Source: Alphaproteobacteria bacterium (GTDB lineage: Bacteria > Pseudomonadota > Alphaproteobacteria > UBA6615). Taken from it: a stretch of DNA of 64,000 nt. The translations under genes were made by a program, and so were the position numbers. Every line of letters begins with the position of its first letter. The first letter of the stretch is position 1. Shown one piece after another: positions 1-8,523 of the stretch. The stretch covers positions 165,097-229,096 of the forward strand of contig JBFWVF010000009.1 of the NCBI GenBank assembly GCA_050246875.1. Reading direction: 5' to 3'. The notes under the pieces were generated by a model. That model was not told the DNA's origin. It saw nothing but the letters and a program-made list of their open reading frames with translations, and searched no databases.

Positions 1-156
1 GCTCAGGCCTGGGCGGAAGCGCTGCGCGACTGGCCGAACGAGAAGGCCAAGGAAGCCGATGCCAAGGGCGTGCCGGGCTCGAAGGTGATGAAGTTCGCCA
101 TCGACGAGGCCGAGCGGCTCGGTCACAAGTGGCCGGTCAAGTACCCGATCAAGTAG
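1..156 (+). CDS. TRAP-type (DctP-family) periplasmic solute-binding protein, C-terminal fragment (5' end outside window)
   Basis: Frame 1 from base 1 reads AQAWAEALRDWPNEKAKEADAKGVPGSKVMKFAIDEAERLGHKWPVKYPIK*. It matches the C-termini of the two complete paralogs downstream (...GHKWPVRYVIK*). It is absent from the ORF track because it has no start in the window. Confidence 0.8.
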   Translation, partial: AQAWAEALRDWPNEKAKEADAKGVPGSKVMKFAIDEAERLGHKWPVKYPIK

Positions 157-216
157 TCGGCCTGACATTCTCTACAGTCATGGCGTCCGGCGCTGCCGGA
201 CGCCAGTTTCGAAAAG

Positions 217-251
217 GGCCGCCCGGACATGTCCGGGCGGCCTTCTTCTTT
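217..251 (+). terminator. Rho-independent terminator after first SBP paralog
   Basis: Perfect 12-bp inverted repeat GGCCGCCCGGAC / GTCCGGGCGGCC (217-228 / 231-242) followed by TTCTTCTTT, about 60 nt after the stop at 154-156. Confidence 0.75.
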
Positions 252-532
252 GGTGCGATGACATGTTGGGCAATGAGCGACGCGTGTTGCCCAACTTTTC
301 ATGAAACTCGTGCGAATTCAGGCGAATAGTGGGCATCCAGAGTCCGGATATTTCCTGCGCCTGACGCAAATATCATGCTCAATGTCTTGTCCTGACCTTG
401 GCGCGGCGCAAGCATCGTCCTGCGATGGCCGTGGCTTCGACCGCGGTGTGTCGCCAAGCTCGCCATGGGGCGACGCCGCCGTGGCGGTTCCACCGCAGCT
501 CAATGCGGAGGTCGGAAACAGGAGAGAGAAAC

Positions 533-1597
533 GTGAGCAGGAAAACGGCACTCGCCGGGGCGGCCGCGCTTGCCCTGGCTCTCGCCGGCGGTCTGCCGGC
601 GCAGGCGGAAACGTACAGCTTCCGCGTCGCGTCCGGACATCCGCCGACAATCATCTACGTCGCGCTGATGCAGAAGGAATTCGTCCCCCGCCTGAAGAAA
701 CGGCTGGAGGCGATGGGGCACACGGCCACCTTCAACGAGGCCTATGGCGGCTCGCTGGTGAAGGTCGCCGAGACCTTCGAGGGCGTGCAGGACGGCATCG
801 TCGAGGTGGGCGGTTTCTGCGTCTGTTTCGAACCGGCGAACCTCTATCTTGCCAACTGGTCGCTCTGGATGCCGTTCGGACCGCCGACGGCGACGGTCGC
901 GATGAAGCTTGGCCGGGCCGTACACGATCATGCCCCGGAACTCACGGCCGCCTACGAGAAGTACAATCAAAAGCTGCTGGCGCTCTCGGGCACGGACAAC
1001 TACGGCCTGTGGTCGAAGTTCGCCTGGAAGGATGTCTCCGAACTGAAGGGTCGGAAGATCGCGGGGGCGGGCCCCAACCTGCCGTGGGTCGAAAAGGTCG
1101 GCGCGGTTCCGGTGTCCACCTCGGCGCCGGAGGTCTACTCGTCGCTGTCCACGGGGGTCTATGACGCCGTCGTCTGGCTGCCGTTCGACGGCATGGGAGC
1201 GAAGGTCTACGAACCGGCACCGTACTACACGGTCACCGGCTTCGGGGCGATGTCCACCCTCGCCATCACGATCAACCTCGGCGTCTGGAACAAGTTGCCG
1301 GCGCCGGTGCAGAAGGCTTTCGCCGAGGTCGGCCGGGAGGTCGAGGATCTCAGCGGACCGTGGATCGATGCCGCCGGCGAGGAAGTACGCGCCACGCTCG
1401 TGCGGAACGGTGCCAAGATCTCCAGCATCACGCCCGAGGCGCAGAAGGCCTGGGCGGAGGCACTGAAGGACCTGCCGAACGAGAAGGCCAAGGATGCCGA
1501 CACGCGCGGCTGGCCGGGCACGAAGGCCCTGGGCTTCGCCGTCGGCGAGGCCGAGCGCCTCGGCCACAAATGGCCTGTGCGCTACGTGATCAAGTAG
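533..1597 (+). CDS. TRAP-type (DctP-family) periplasmic solute-binding protein, paralog 2
   Basis: ORF 398..1597. I prefer the GTG at 533, preceded by GGAGAG, giving VSRKTALAGAAALALALAGGLPAQA-ETYSF (Sec signal peptide); ATG 503 is an alternative. The block KIAGAGPNLPWVEKVGAVPVSTSAPEVYSSLSTGVYDA resembles the DctP-family core as I recall it. Confidence 0.8.
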   Translation: MSRKTALAGAAALALALAGGLPAQAETYSFRVASGHPPTIIYVALMQKEFVPRLKKRLEAMGHTATFNEAYGGSLVKVAETFEGVQDGIVEVGGFCVCFEPANLYLANWSLWMPFGPPTATVAMKLGRAVHDHAPELTAAYEKYNQKLLALSGTDNYGLWSKFAWKDVSELKGRKIAGAGPNLPWVEKVGAVPVSTSAPEVYSSLSTGVYDAVVWLPFDGMGAKVYEPAPYYTVTGFGAMSTLAITINLGVWNKLPAPVQKAFAEVGREVEDLSGPWIDAAGEEVRATLVRNGAKISSITPEAQKAWAEALKDLPNEKAKDADTRGWPGTKALGFAVGEAERLGHKWPVRYVIK

Positions 1598-1849
1598 TCA
1601 CGGAGCGGGGGCGGGCGGCGGTCGGCCCATTGGCGCCGGCCGCCGCCAGCCTGTTCATGCCATGCAACGTGGGTTCCGCTGGCCGGAAATCGCGCTGTTG
1701 GGGCACGCCCACCGTGGGCGCAATCCTCTAGGATGGGGTCAAGTGAGCACTTCGCGGCCGCGCATCCCGTGCGGCCGCAGGGGTGGTCACAAATGTGCTG
1801 GTCGACGAACCCCGCGCGGGTCGCCTGGCCGGCCGGCAGGGAGAGTTTA

Positions 1850-2911
1850 ATGAGGGCAATCAGCGGTATCGCGGCGGCCGGATTAGCGCTGGCGCTCGCC
1901 GGCGGCGGCACGGCGGCGGCCGATACGTTCAGTTTCCGCGTCGCTTCCGGGCATGCACCGGGTACGCCCTACGTCGTGATGATGTCCGAGCAGTTCGTGC
2001 CGCGCATCAAGGCCAAGCTGGAGGCGCTCGGCCACAAGGTCACGTTCAACGAGGCCTATGGCGGCTCGCTGGTCAAGACGGCCGAAACGATGGAGGGCGT
2101 GCAGGACGCCATCGTCGACATCGGCGGCTACTGCTTCTGTTTCGAGCCGGCCAACCTGTTCCTCAACAGCTATCCGCTGTGGATGCCGTTCGACATGCCG
2201 AATGCCGATGGCGGCCTCAAGCTGGCGCGCGCCGTCTACGCCGAGGTGCCCGAACTGGCAGGAGCATTCGGTAAATACAATCAGAAGCTCCTGTGGCTGT
2301 TCACCTTCGACAGCTACGGGCTGTTCTCCAGCTTTCCGTGGAAGGTTCTCGGCGACCTGAAGGGGCACAAGCTCGCCGGTGCCGGCCCGAATCTGCCGTG
2401 GATCGAGCGCGCCGGCGCGGTGCCGGTGCAGATGCCGCTGCCGGAAATGTACCAGGCCATCAAGACCGGGATCACCGAGGGGACGTTGCTTCCCCCGGCG
2501 GCCGGCGTGCCGTTCAAGCTGTATGAGGCGGCACCGTACTTCGCGAAGGCCGGTTTCGGCTCCAAGGCGTTCCACGGCATTACCGTGAACACCAAGAAGT
2601 GGGACGGCCTGCCGCCCGCCGTCCAGAAGGCCATTCTGGAGGCCGCCAAGGAGACCGAGGATTTCTCGGCGCCGTGGGTCGACAACAAGGAAGCGTCGGA
2701 TCTGGACGCCATCCGCAAGGGCGGCGGCACCGTGCTCGAGGTTGCGCCGGAGGTGAAGAAGGCGTGGGCCGAGGTGCTCGCCGACCTGCCGGATCTCAAG
2801 GCCAAGGAGGCCGACGCCAAGGGTCTGCCCGGGTCCAAGACCCTGCGCCTGGCGGTCGACCATGCCGAGAAGCTTGGCCACAAATGGCCGGTTCGCTACG
2901 TCATCAAGTAG
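1850..2911 (+). CDS. TRAP-type (DctP-family) periplasmic solute-binding protein, paralog 3
   Basis: ORF 1733..2911. ATG 1850 is preceded by GGGAGAG and gives MRAISGIAAAGLALALAGGGTAAA-DTFSF (signal peptide). The protein is colinear with paralog 2 along its whole length. Confidence 0.8.
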   Translation: MRAISGIAAAGLALALAGGGTAAADTFSFRVASGHAPGTPYVVMMSEQFVPRIKAKLEALGHKVTFNEAYGGSLVKTAETMEGVQDAIVDIGGYCFCFEPANLFLNSYPLWMPFDMPNADGGLKLARAVYAEVPELAGAFGKYNQKLLWLFTFDSYGLFSSFPWKVLGDLKGHKLAGAGPNLPWIERAGAVPVQMPLPEMYQAIKTGITEGTLLPPAAGVPFKLYEAAPYFAKAGFGSKAFHGITVNTKKWDGLPPAVQKAILEAAKETEDFSAPWVDNKEASDLDAIRKGGGTVLEVAPEVKKAWAEVLADLPDLKAKEADAKGLPGSKTLRLAVDHAEKLGHKWPVRYVIK

Positions 2912-2952
2912 CCTGCCGCCTCGTGCCGCAGGCAGATAGCGGTCAGGTACAA

Positions 2953-2985
2953 GGGCCGCCGACGTTATATGTCGGCGGCCCTTTT
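2953..2985. terminator. Rho-independent terminator between convergent SBP paralog 3 and methyltransferase
   Basis: 11-bp stem GGGCCGCCGAC / GTCGGCGGCCC (2953-2963 / 2971-2981), loop GTTATAT, then TTTT. Confidence 0.8.
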
Positions 2986-2999
2986 CACTGCCGTAAGGT

Positions 3000-3890
3000 T
3001 CAGGCGGGCGAGCCGGCCTCGATGCTGCCGAGTAACGTGGAGAGGGGCTGGCGCTCCACTTCGGCCGGCGGACGCGAGAGGAAGAACTCGCTGACGAGGC
3101 GCCCTTCGGCCTCATGACCGGCCGGATCGATGCCGAGTTCGGCGAGATTGGCAAGGACTTGCGCCCGCTCGCCGGCGGTCTCGAAGCGTCGCTGGGTGAA
3201 GAAGTGGCCATCCAGCTTTTCGGTGACCAGGCCGTGGTCGGCGAGCGTCGCTTCGATCGGTGCGTAGGGAAACATGCGGAGCACGAAGGAGGCGACCCAA
3301 GGCGTGTCGGTGCCGGTGGCGCCCAGCAGTCTGTCGAATGTCCGGTCCGTCACGTAGCCGACGCAGCCGGTCGAAATGATGAGGTCGGTCGGCTCGACCA
3401 CCGGCACCAGCGGCGCGGGGACCGGACCGTCTTCCAGATTGACGGCGAGTCCGGAATCCAGCGCGCCGACGCGCTCGGCATAGGTCACGGCCCGGTCGGC
3501 GACGTCGAGACCGATCATCGTCAGGGCGGGGTCGGCGGGGTTGGCGTAGAGGCGTTCGGCGTCGATCGCCCGCAGGGCATCGCGGTCCAGCGCCTCGATG
3601 TCCGGCGAGGCATAGTGCTGGTACAGCTCCTCCAGGGTCAGGCCGTGCTTGAGCAGCGCCGCGTTGATGCCATACGAGCAGCCGATGTCGACCACCGTCA
3701 CGGCCTCGCTGTCGCGATCCGACCGTCGGGCTGCGATGAGGGCGTCGAAGACCGGTCGGGCGTTCTGCGGTATCGCGTAGTCGACGCGGCCGAGGGTGCG
3801 GAAGTACGGGCGTGGGTCGGCGGCGTTGTAGACGGCGTCGAAGTTGCTCTTCGCCTCGTTTAAGGCCTCGAAGTCGGGCGTTCCGTCCAT
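3000..3890 (-). CDS. Class I SAM-dependent methyltransferase
   Basis: ORF 3000..4187, trimmed to ATG 3890 (MDGTPDFEALNE...) because the upstream 99 codons are Arg/Gly-rich and look non-coding. Motif I-like VVDIGCSYGINAALL is present. Confidence 0.7.
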   Translation of the reverse strand: MDGTPDFEALNEAKSNFDAVYNAADPRPYFRTLGRVDYAIPQNARPVFDALIAARRSDRDSEAVTVVDIGCSYGINAALLKHGLTLEELYQHYASPDIEALDRDALRAIDAERLYANPADPALTMIGLDVADRAVTYAERVGALDSGLAVNLEDGPVPAPLVPVVEPTDLIISTGCVGYVTDRTFDRLLGATGTDTPWVASFVLRMFPYAPIEATLADHGLVTEKLDGHFFTQRRFETAGERAQVLANLAELGIDPAGHEAEGRLVSEFFLSRPPAEVERQPLSTLLGSIEAGSPA

Positions 3891-4309
3891 GGTCAATGCT
3901 CCGTTTCCGGCGCGGGCCACCGCCGCGCATCGTCCGGTTCCCCGCGGCCGGTTGCCACGAGGTTCAGACGAGACGCGCGGAACCGCGACGCCGGGGCACG
4001 CCGCGCCCGGTCGTGCCAGCAGCGTGGCATGACCGTCGCTCGCGCGACCACGAGCCTCGACTCGATCCGATCCGCCGCGGGGGACTTGGGCCTCCCGGCG
4101 CCGGCCGGCAGGTCGGTTATAGAGGGAGGGGGCGGGAATGTCCCGCATTGATGTCCCCGGCGTTACCGAAGGATCGTCGTCAGGCATAGAAAATCGTGCA
4201 CAGACAATAAATTGCGTCTCTATCTTCGTCTGAAATATTATTGCAAGCCGATGGCGGAGCGGGTGTCGGGCGTGCTAGGCGACGGACCGGGACGAGGCTC
4301 GGGGACCGG

Positions 4310-5056
4310 ATGACCGCGGCGATCGACTACAAGCTGTTCCTGCAGGCGGGCATGCCGCGTGCCGCGTCGATGTGGGTCTACAATGTCGGCCGCGTCCTGT
4401 TGCGCGAGGCCGGGCTGACGGTCGTGCCCGAGGTGCCGCCGCCCCTCGAGGACGACGAGCGCGTCGCGGTCGCGGAGGCCCTGGCCGAGAGCCGGCCGGG
4501 GATCGTCTGGGCCGTCAAGTCGCACCTCGCCTTTGCGGCCGGGGCCGATTTCCTTGCCCGGACACGGATCGTGACGACCGTGCGCGATCCGCGCGCGGCC
4601 GTGCTGTCCCTGATGCGCTTCACCCGCTGCGATTTCGCGACGGCCGTCGCCGAGGCGGCGGGGATATGGCCGGGCCTGATCGACCACTATTTCGACCTGC
4701 CCGATGCCTTTGTCCTCAAGCTGCGCTACGAGGCCGTGGTCGAAGACCCCGCTGCGGCGGTGCGGGCCATCGCCGGCCATCTCGGCGTGCCCGCCACGCC
4801 GGTGCTCGTCGCGTCGCTGTGCGAGCGCTTCTCGCGCGAGAACGTCCGCCGGCTGACCGAGGCGCTGGGCGATACGATGGAAGTGCCGAATGCCGACGGT
4901 ACGCTGCGCCGCTACGATCCGGCGACCGCCTTCCAGACCGGCCATGTCTCCGGACGGCCCGACGAGGCCTGGCAGAGCGAACTGACGGGCGACCAGATCG
5001 TCGCATTGAACGCCATTCTCGGGCCGCTCCTGCGCCGTTACGGCTACCCCGTCTGA
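4310..5056 (+). CDS. Sulfotransferase-family protein (putative)
   Basis: ORF 4241..5056, start at ATG 4310 (MTAAIDYKLF). It has a 5'-PSB-like GMPRAASMW and a 3'-PB-like TVRDPRAAVLS motif (RDP...S). The assignment rests on motif recall only. Confidence 0.5.
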   Translation: MTAAIDYKLFLQAGMPRAASMWVYNVGRVLLREAGLTVVPEVPPPLEDDERVAVAEALAESRPGIVWAVKSHLAFAAGADFLARTRIVTTVRDPRAAVLSLMRFTRCDFATAVAEAAGIWPGLIDHYFDLPDAFVLKLRYEAVVEDPAAAVRAIAGHLGVPATPVLVASLCERFSRENVRRLTEALGDTMEVPNADGTLRRYDPATAFQTGHVSGRPDEAWQSELTGDQIVALNAILGPLLRRYGYPV

Positions 5057-5083
5057 GCGGCCGCAGGCTATCATCGCCTCCCG

Positions 5084-5767
5084 GTGCGCGCGTATGGGCG
5101 CATGGACGGAACGGGGGCGAGGGTGACAGCGATACGCATCTGCTTCGTCGGCGACAGCATCCTGCTCGGCATCGGCGACGAGGGATTTCTCGGCTGGCCG
5201 GGCCAGCTCGCCGTCGCCGAGGCGAAGCGCGGCCACGACATCACCGTGTACAACACCAGCATCCGCGGCGAGACGTCGGCGCAGATCGCGCCGCGCTGGC
5301 GTGCCGAATGCACGCCGCGCGTGCCGGACCACGTCAACGGTGCCCTCGTCTTCGCCTTCGGGCTGAACGACACGGCGTTCGAAAAAGGTGCCAGCGCGCC
5401 CCGCGTGCCGCTCGACCGCTCGGTCCGCTACGCGCGGGAGATCCTCGGCGCGGCGAAGGCGTGGCTGCCGACACTGGCCGTCGGGCCGATTCCGACCACC
5501 GACGACATGATGCCCTACGTCTTTCCCAATGGCATAGCCTACAGCTACCTCTGCGCCCGCACGGCCGAATACAATGCCGCCTATGCCGCTACGGCGCGGG
5601 AGCTGGGCGTGCCCTACCTCGACGTCTTCGGCGCCCTGTCGCGCGATGCCACCTTCATGCGCGCGTCGCGCGAGTGCGACGGTGTGCATGTGCGCGGTCC
5701 GGGATACGCGCTGGTTGCCCGCATGGTCGGCGAGTGGCCGGCCTGGAGAGCGTGGCTCGACAAATAG
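5084..5767 (+). CDS. SGNH/GDSL-family hydrolase
   Basis: Block I FVGDSI, block III GLND and block V DGVH (DxxH) are present. It lies 27 nt after the sulfotransferase stop. The start is uncertain (GTG 5084 or ATG 5102). Confidence 0.8.
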   Translation: MRAYGRMDGTGARVTAIRICFVGDSILLGIGDEGFLGWPGQLAVAEAKRGHDITVYNTSIRGETSAQIAPRWRAECTPRVPDHVNGALVFAFGLNDTAFEKGASAPRVPLDRSVRYAREILGAAKAWLPTLAVGPIPTTDDMMPYVFPNGIAYSYLCARTAEYNAAYAATARELGVPYLDVFGALSRDATFMRASRECDGVHVRGPGYALVARMVGEWPAWRAWLDK

Positions 5768-5798
5768 TTGGCGGAAAAACCTGACAGGGGAGGAGAGC

Positions 5799-6236
5799 AT
5801 GTCCGTGGTCACCAGGATCGAGGCGGTGCATCCCGATCCGGCCCAGGCGCACACCATGCCCTACGCGCCGGCCATCCGCGTCAGCGGCGGCGGCGAGATG
5901 CTGTTCATTTCCGGTGCCACGGCATCGCCGCTCTACCACATGCATCCGCATGTCGATGCCGAGCACATCCAGCCGGACGACATCCGCGAGCAGACCCGCC
6001 GCGCGCTGGCCAACATCAAGCTGGTGCTCGACCACGAGGGGCTGGAGTGGCGGCACGTCGTCAAGGTCACGAAGTACCTCACCGACATGCGCGAGGCGGA
6101 TGCCATGCACGCGGTGATGAACGAGTATTTCGGCGACTGGAAGCCGGCCTCGACGACGATCTGCATCAACAACCTGTCGTCGCCCGGCGCGCGCATCGAA
6201 CTCGACATGATCGCCATCCGCCCGGCGCGCGGATAG
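5799..6236 (+). CDS. RidA/YjgF-family reactive-intermediate deaminase-like protein
   Basis: ATG 5799 is preceded by GGGGAGGAGAG. The 145-aa protein MSVVTRIEAV...ISGATA...VKVTKYL...ELDMIAI has typical YjgF/RidA length and pattern. Confidence 0.8.
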   Translation: MSVVTRIEAVHPDPAQAHTMPYAPAIRVSGGGEMLFISGATASPLYHMHPHVDAEHIQPDDIREQTRRALANIKLVLDHEGLEWRHVVKVTKYLTDMREADAMHAVMNEYFGDWKPASTTICINNLSSPGARIELDMIAIRPARG

Positions 6237-6304
6237 GACCGCGCGCGGCGGCGCGATGGCGGGCCGCCCCGGCCGGATGACAGCCGGGGCGGCTCCGCCC
6301 GTCG

Positions 6305-7237
6305 TCAGTTCGTCTTAGCGAAGGCCGCGCGCAGATGGGCCGCCGACTGCGACACCGCGGCGTTCGCCTGGTCGAGGAAGGCGCCGAAGTTGAAGAAGCC
6401 GTGCACCACGCCTTCGTACATGTGGTAGGCGACCGGCACCCCGGCGCCGCGCAGCTTGGCCGTGTAGGCGCGTCCCTCGTCGCGCAGCGGGTCGATCTGT
6501 GCGGCGATGACGACGGCGGGCGCGAGGCCGCTGACGTCCGGCTCCAGCAGCGGTGAGGCGCGGGGGTCGGTGCGGTTCTTGCCGCAATGCATGTCGATCA
6601 CCCACTGCAGCGTGCGATCGTCGAGAAACAGGGTTTCCTCGATGCGGCTCTGGGAGAGGCCGGCCATGTCCGTCATCGGATAGATGAGCAGCTGGAGAGC
6701 CGGCTGCGCGAGGCCGCGCCTCTTGGCTTCCTGCGCCACGGCCGCCGCCAGGTAGCCGCCGCCGCTGTCGCCGGCGACGGCGATGCGGGCCGGGTCGCCG
6801 CCGATCGTGCCGGCGTTCTTCTGCAGCCAGGCGAAGACGGCGGTGCAGTCCTCCATCGGGGCCGGGAACGGGTTTTCCGGCGCACGGCGATAGGCCGGCA
6901 CGACGACGAGGCAGTTGGCCTCCTCGGCAAGCGCAGTCGTCGCGCCCTCGAAGTCCTCCGGCGACATCATGCAGCAGCCGCCGCCATGGAAGTATGCCAG
7001 TACCGGCAACGCGCCCTTGGCGCCCTTCGGCCGGTAGACTTTCGTCCGCAACGGACCCGCCGCGCCGGGCACGCTGATCTCCTCCACGGCGACGGACGCG
7101 CGCGCCGGCGCGTTGGTCATGCGCCAGAGCTGGCTGAACCCCTCCCGCACGCCGGCCAGGCCGATCTCGGTAGGATGAGGCCCACCGGCGGCGGCAAGCT
7201 GGTCCAGCAGTGGCTGCAATTGCGGGTCGATCCACAT
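6305..7237 (-). CDS. Alpha/beta-hydrolase, hormone-sensitive-lipase-type carboxylesterase
   Basis: HGGG oxyanion motif (YFHGGGCC) and GDSGG nucleophile elbow (VAGDSGGGY). ATG 7237 has a GGAGG RBS. Confidence 0.85.
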   Translation of the reverse strand: MWIDPQLQPLLDQLAAAGGPHPTEIGLAGVREGFSQLWRMTNAPARASVAVEEISVPGAAGPLRTKVYRPKGAKGALPVLAYFHGGGCCMMSPEDFEGATTALAEEANCLVVVPAYRRAPENPFPAPMEDCTAVFAWLQKNAGTIGGDPARIAVAGDSGGGYLAAAVAQEAKRRGLAQPALQLLIYPMTDMAGLSQSRIEETLFLDDRTLQWVIDMHCGKNRTDPRASPLLEPDVSGLAPAVVIAAQIDPLRDEGRAYTAKLRGAGVPVAYHMYEGVVHGFFNFGAFLDQANAAVSQSAAHLRAAFAKTN

Positions 7238-7335
7238 CGGCGGTACCTCCAGGTTCTATGCCATGCGTTGGGAGCCTACTCATCCCACGGGATGCGGTGA
7301 TGACGCCATGGGGTACGTGGCGCTAGCATGACGGG

Positions 7336-8385
7336 GTGCCCCAGGATGGGCGCGCTGACGGTGCCGTCGTGCAGACGATCGACGTCCATACCCACTATTA
7401 TCCCGATGGCGTCGTCCGCCTGATCGACGAGGAGGGTGGGCCGTTCGGGGCCACCGTCGCGCGCGACGACGCGCGCGGACCGACGATCAAGGTGCGCCAC
7501 CCGCCCTCGGGGCCGATTCCGCCCGCCGGGCCACTGATCCCGACCTTCCGCGATCTCGACGCACGGCTCGCCGACATGGACGCGCATGGCGTGGACGTCC
7601 ATCTCATGTCGTTCTCGCAGCCGATGCTGTACTGGGCCAGCGACGATCTCGGGCTGCGTCTGGCCGGCGCGTTCAACGACGCCGTGGCCGAGGCGCATCT
7701 CGCCCATCCGCGCCGGTTCTTCGGCCTCATGGCCCTGCCGATGCAGAATCCCGCGCTCGCCGCCGAGGAGTTCGACCGGGCGGCGGCCCTTCCGGGCATG
7801 CGCGGGGTGTTCCTGTCGACCCGGGTGGTGACGACCGAACTGTCGGACCCGATCTACTGGCCGCTCCTCGAGCGCATCGCCGCGAGTGGCCTGCCGGCCT
7901 TCGTCCACCCGCTGAACGCGATCGGCGCCGGCCGGCTCGGCAGCCGGCACTACTTCGCCAACCTGCTGGCCAACCCGTTCGAGACCACGGCCTGTGCCGC
8001 CCTGCTGATCTTCGACGGCGTGCTCGACCGTTTCCCCGGGCTCGAACTCGTCCTGGCCCATGCCGGCGGCGCGCTGCCATGGCTCATCGGCCGTCTGACC
8101 CAGGGATGGCACGTCCGGCCGGAATGCCGGCACCTCGTCCGCTCGCCGCGCGAGTATCTCGACCGCTTCCATTTCGACACCATCACCTTCGACCACACCG
8201 CGCTGGCCCACCTCGCGGGGCTGGTCGGGACCGGCCGGCTGCTACTCGGCAGCGACTACTGCTTCTCGATGAGCGAACTGGACCCGGTGGGCTTCGTCCT
8301 CGGCGCTCCCGGTCTGGACGATGCCGGAAGGGCCGCGATCCTCGGCGGTAATGCCCGCGCGCTGTTTCGACTGCCGTCGGAATGA
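7336..8385 (+). CDS. Amidohydrolase-2 family metal-dependent hydrolase/decarboxylase (ACMSD-like)
   Basis: N-terminal IDVHTHYYP (HxH metal motif). 349 aa, GTG start, divergent from the esterase. Confidence 0.8.
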   Translation: MPQDGRADGAVVQTIDVHTHYYPDGVVRLIDEEGGPFGATVARDDARGPTIKVRHPPSGPIPPAGPLIPTFRDLDARLADMDAHGVDVHLMSFSQPMLYWASDDLGLRLAGAFNDAVAEAHLAHPRRFFGLMALPMQNPALAAEEFDRAAALPGMRGVFLSTRVVTTELSDPIYWPLLERIAASGLPAFVHPLNAIGAGRLGSRHYFANLLANPFETTACAALLIFDGVLDRFPGLELVLAHAGGALPWLIGRLTQGWHVRPECRHLVRSPREYLDRFHFDTITFDHTALAHLAGLVGTGRLLLGSDYCFSMSELDPVGFVLGAPGLDDAGRAAILGGNARALFRLPSE

Positions 8386-8523
8386 ATCAAAATCGGCGCC
8401 TGCGTTCCGCTCTTCGTTTCACTTTCTAAGCCTTTGAATTAACCGAGAATTTTTATTGAACGTGAGTCTTTATGCCCGTAGATTCGGTGTCGCGAGATCG
8501 ATCGATTCCGATGCGGGGAAGGG

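Noticed and set aside
3891-4187. 99-codon N-terminal extension of the methyltransferase ORF
   Set aside because: The extension is Arg/Gly/Pro-rich and looks non-coding. The methyltransferase similarity begins at the internal ATG (3890).
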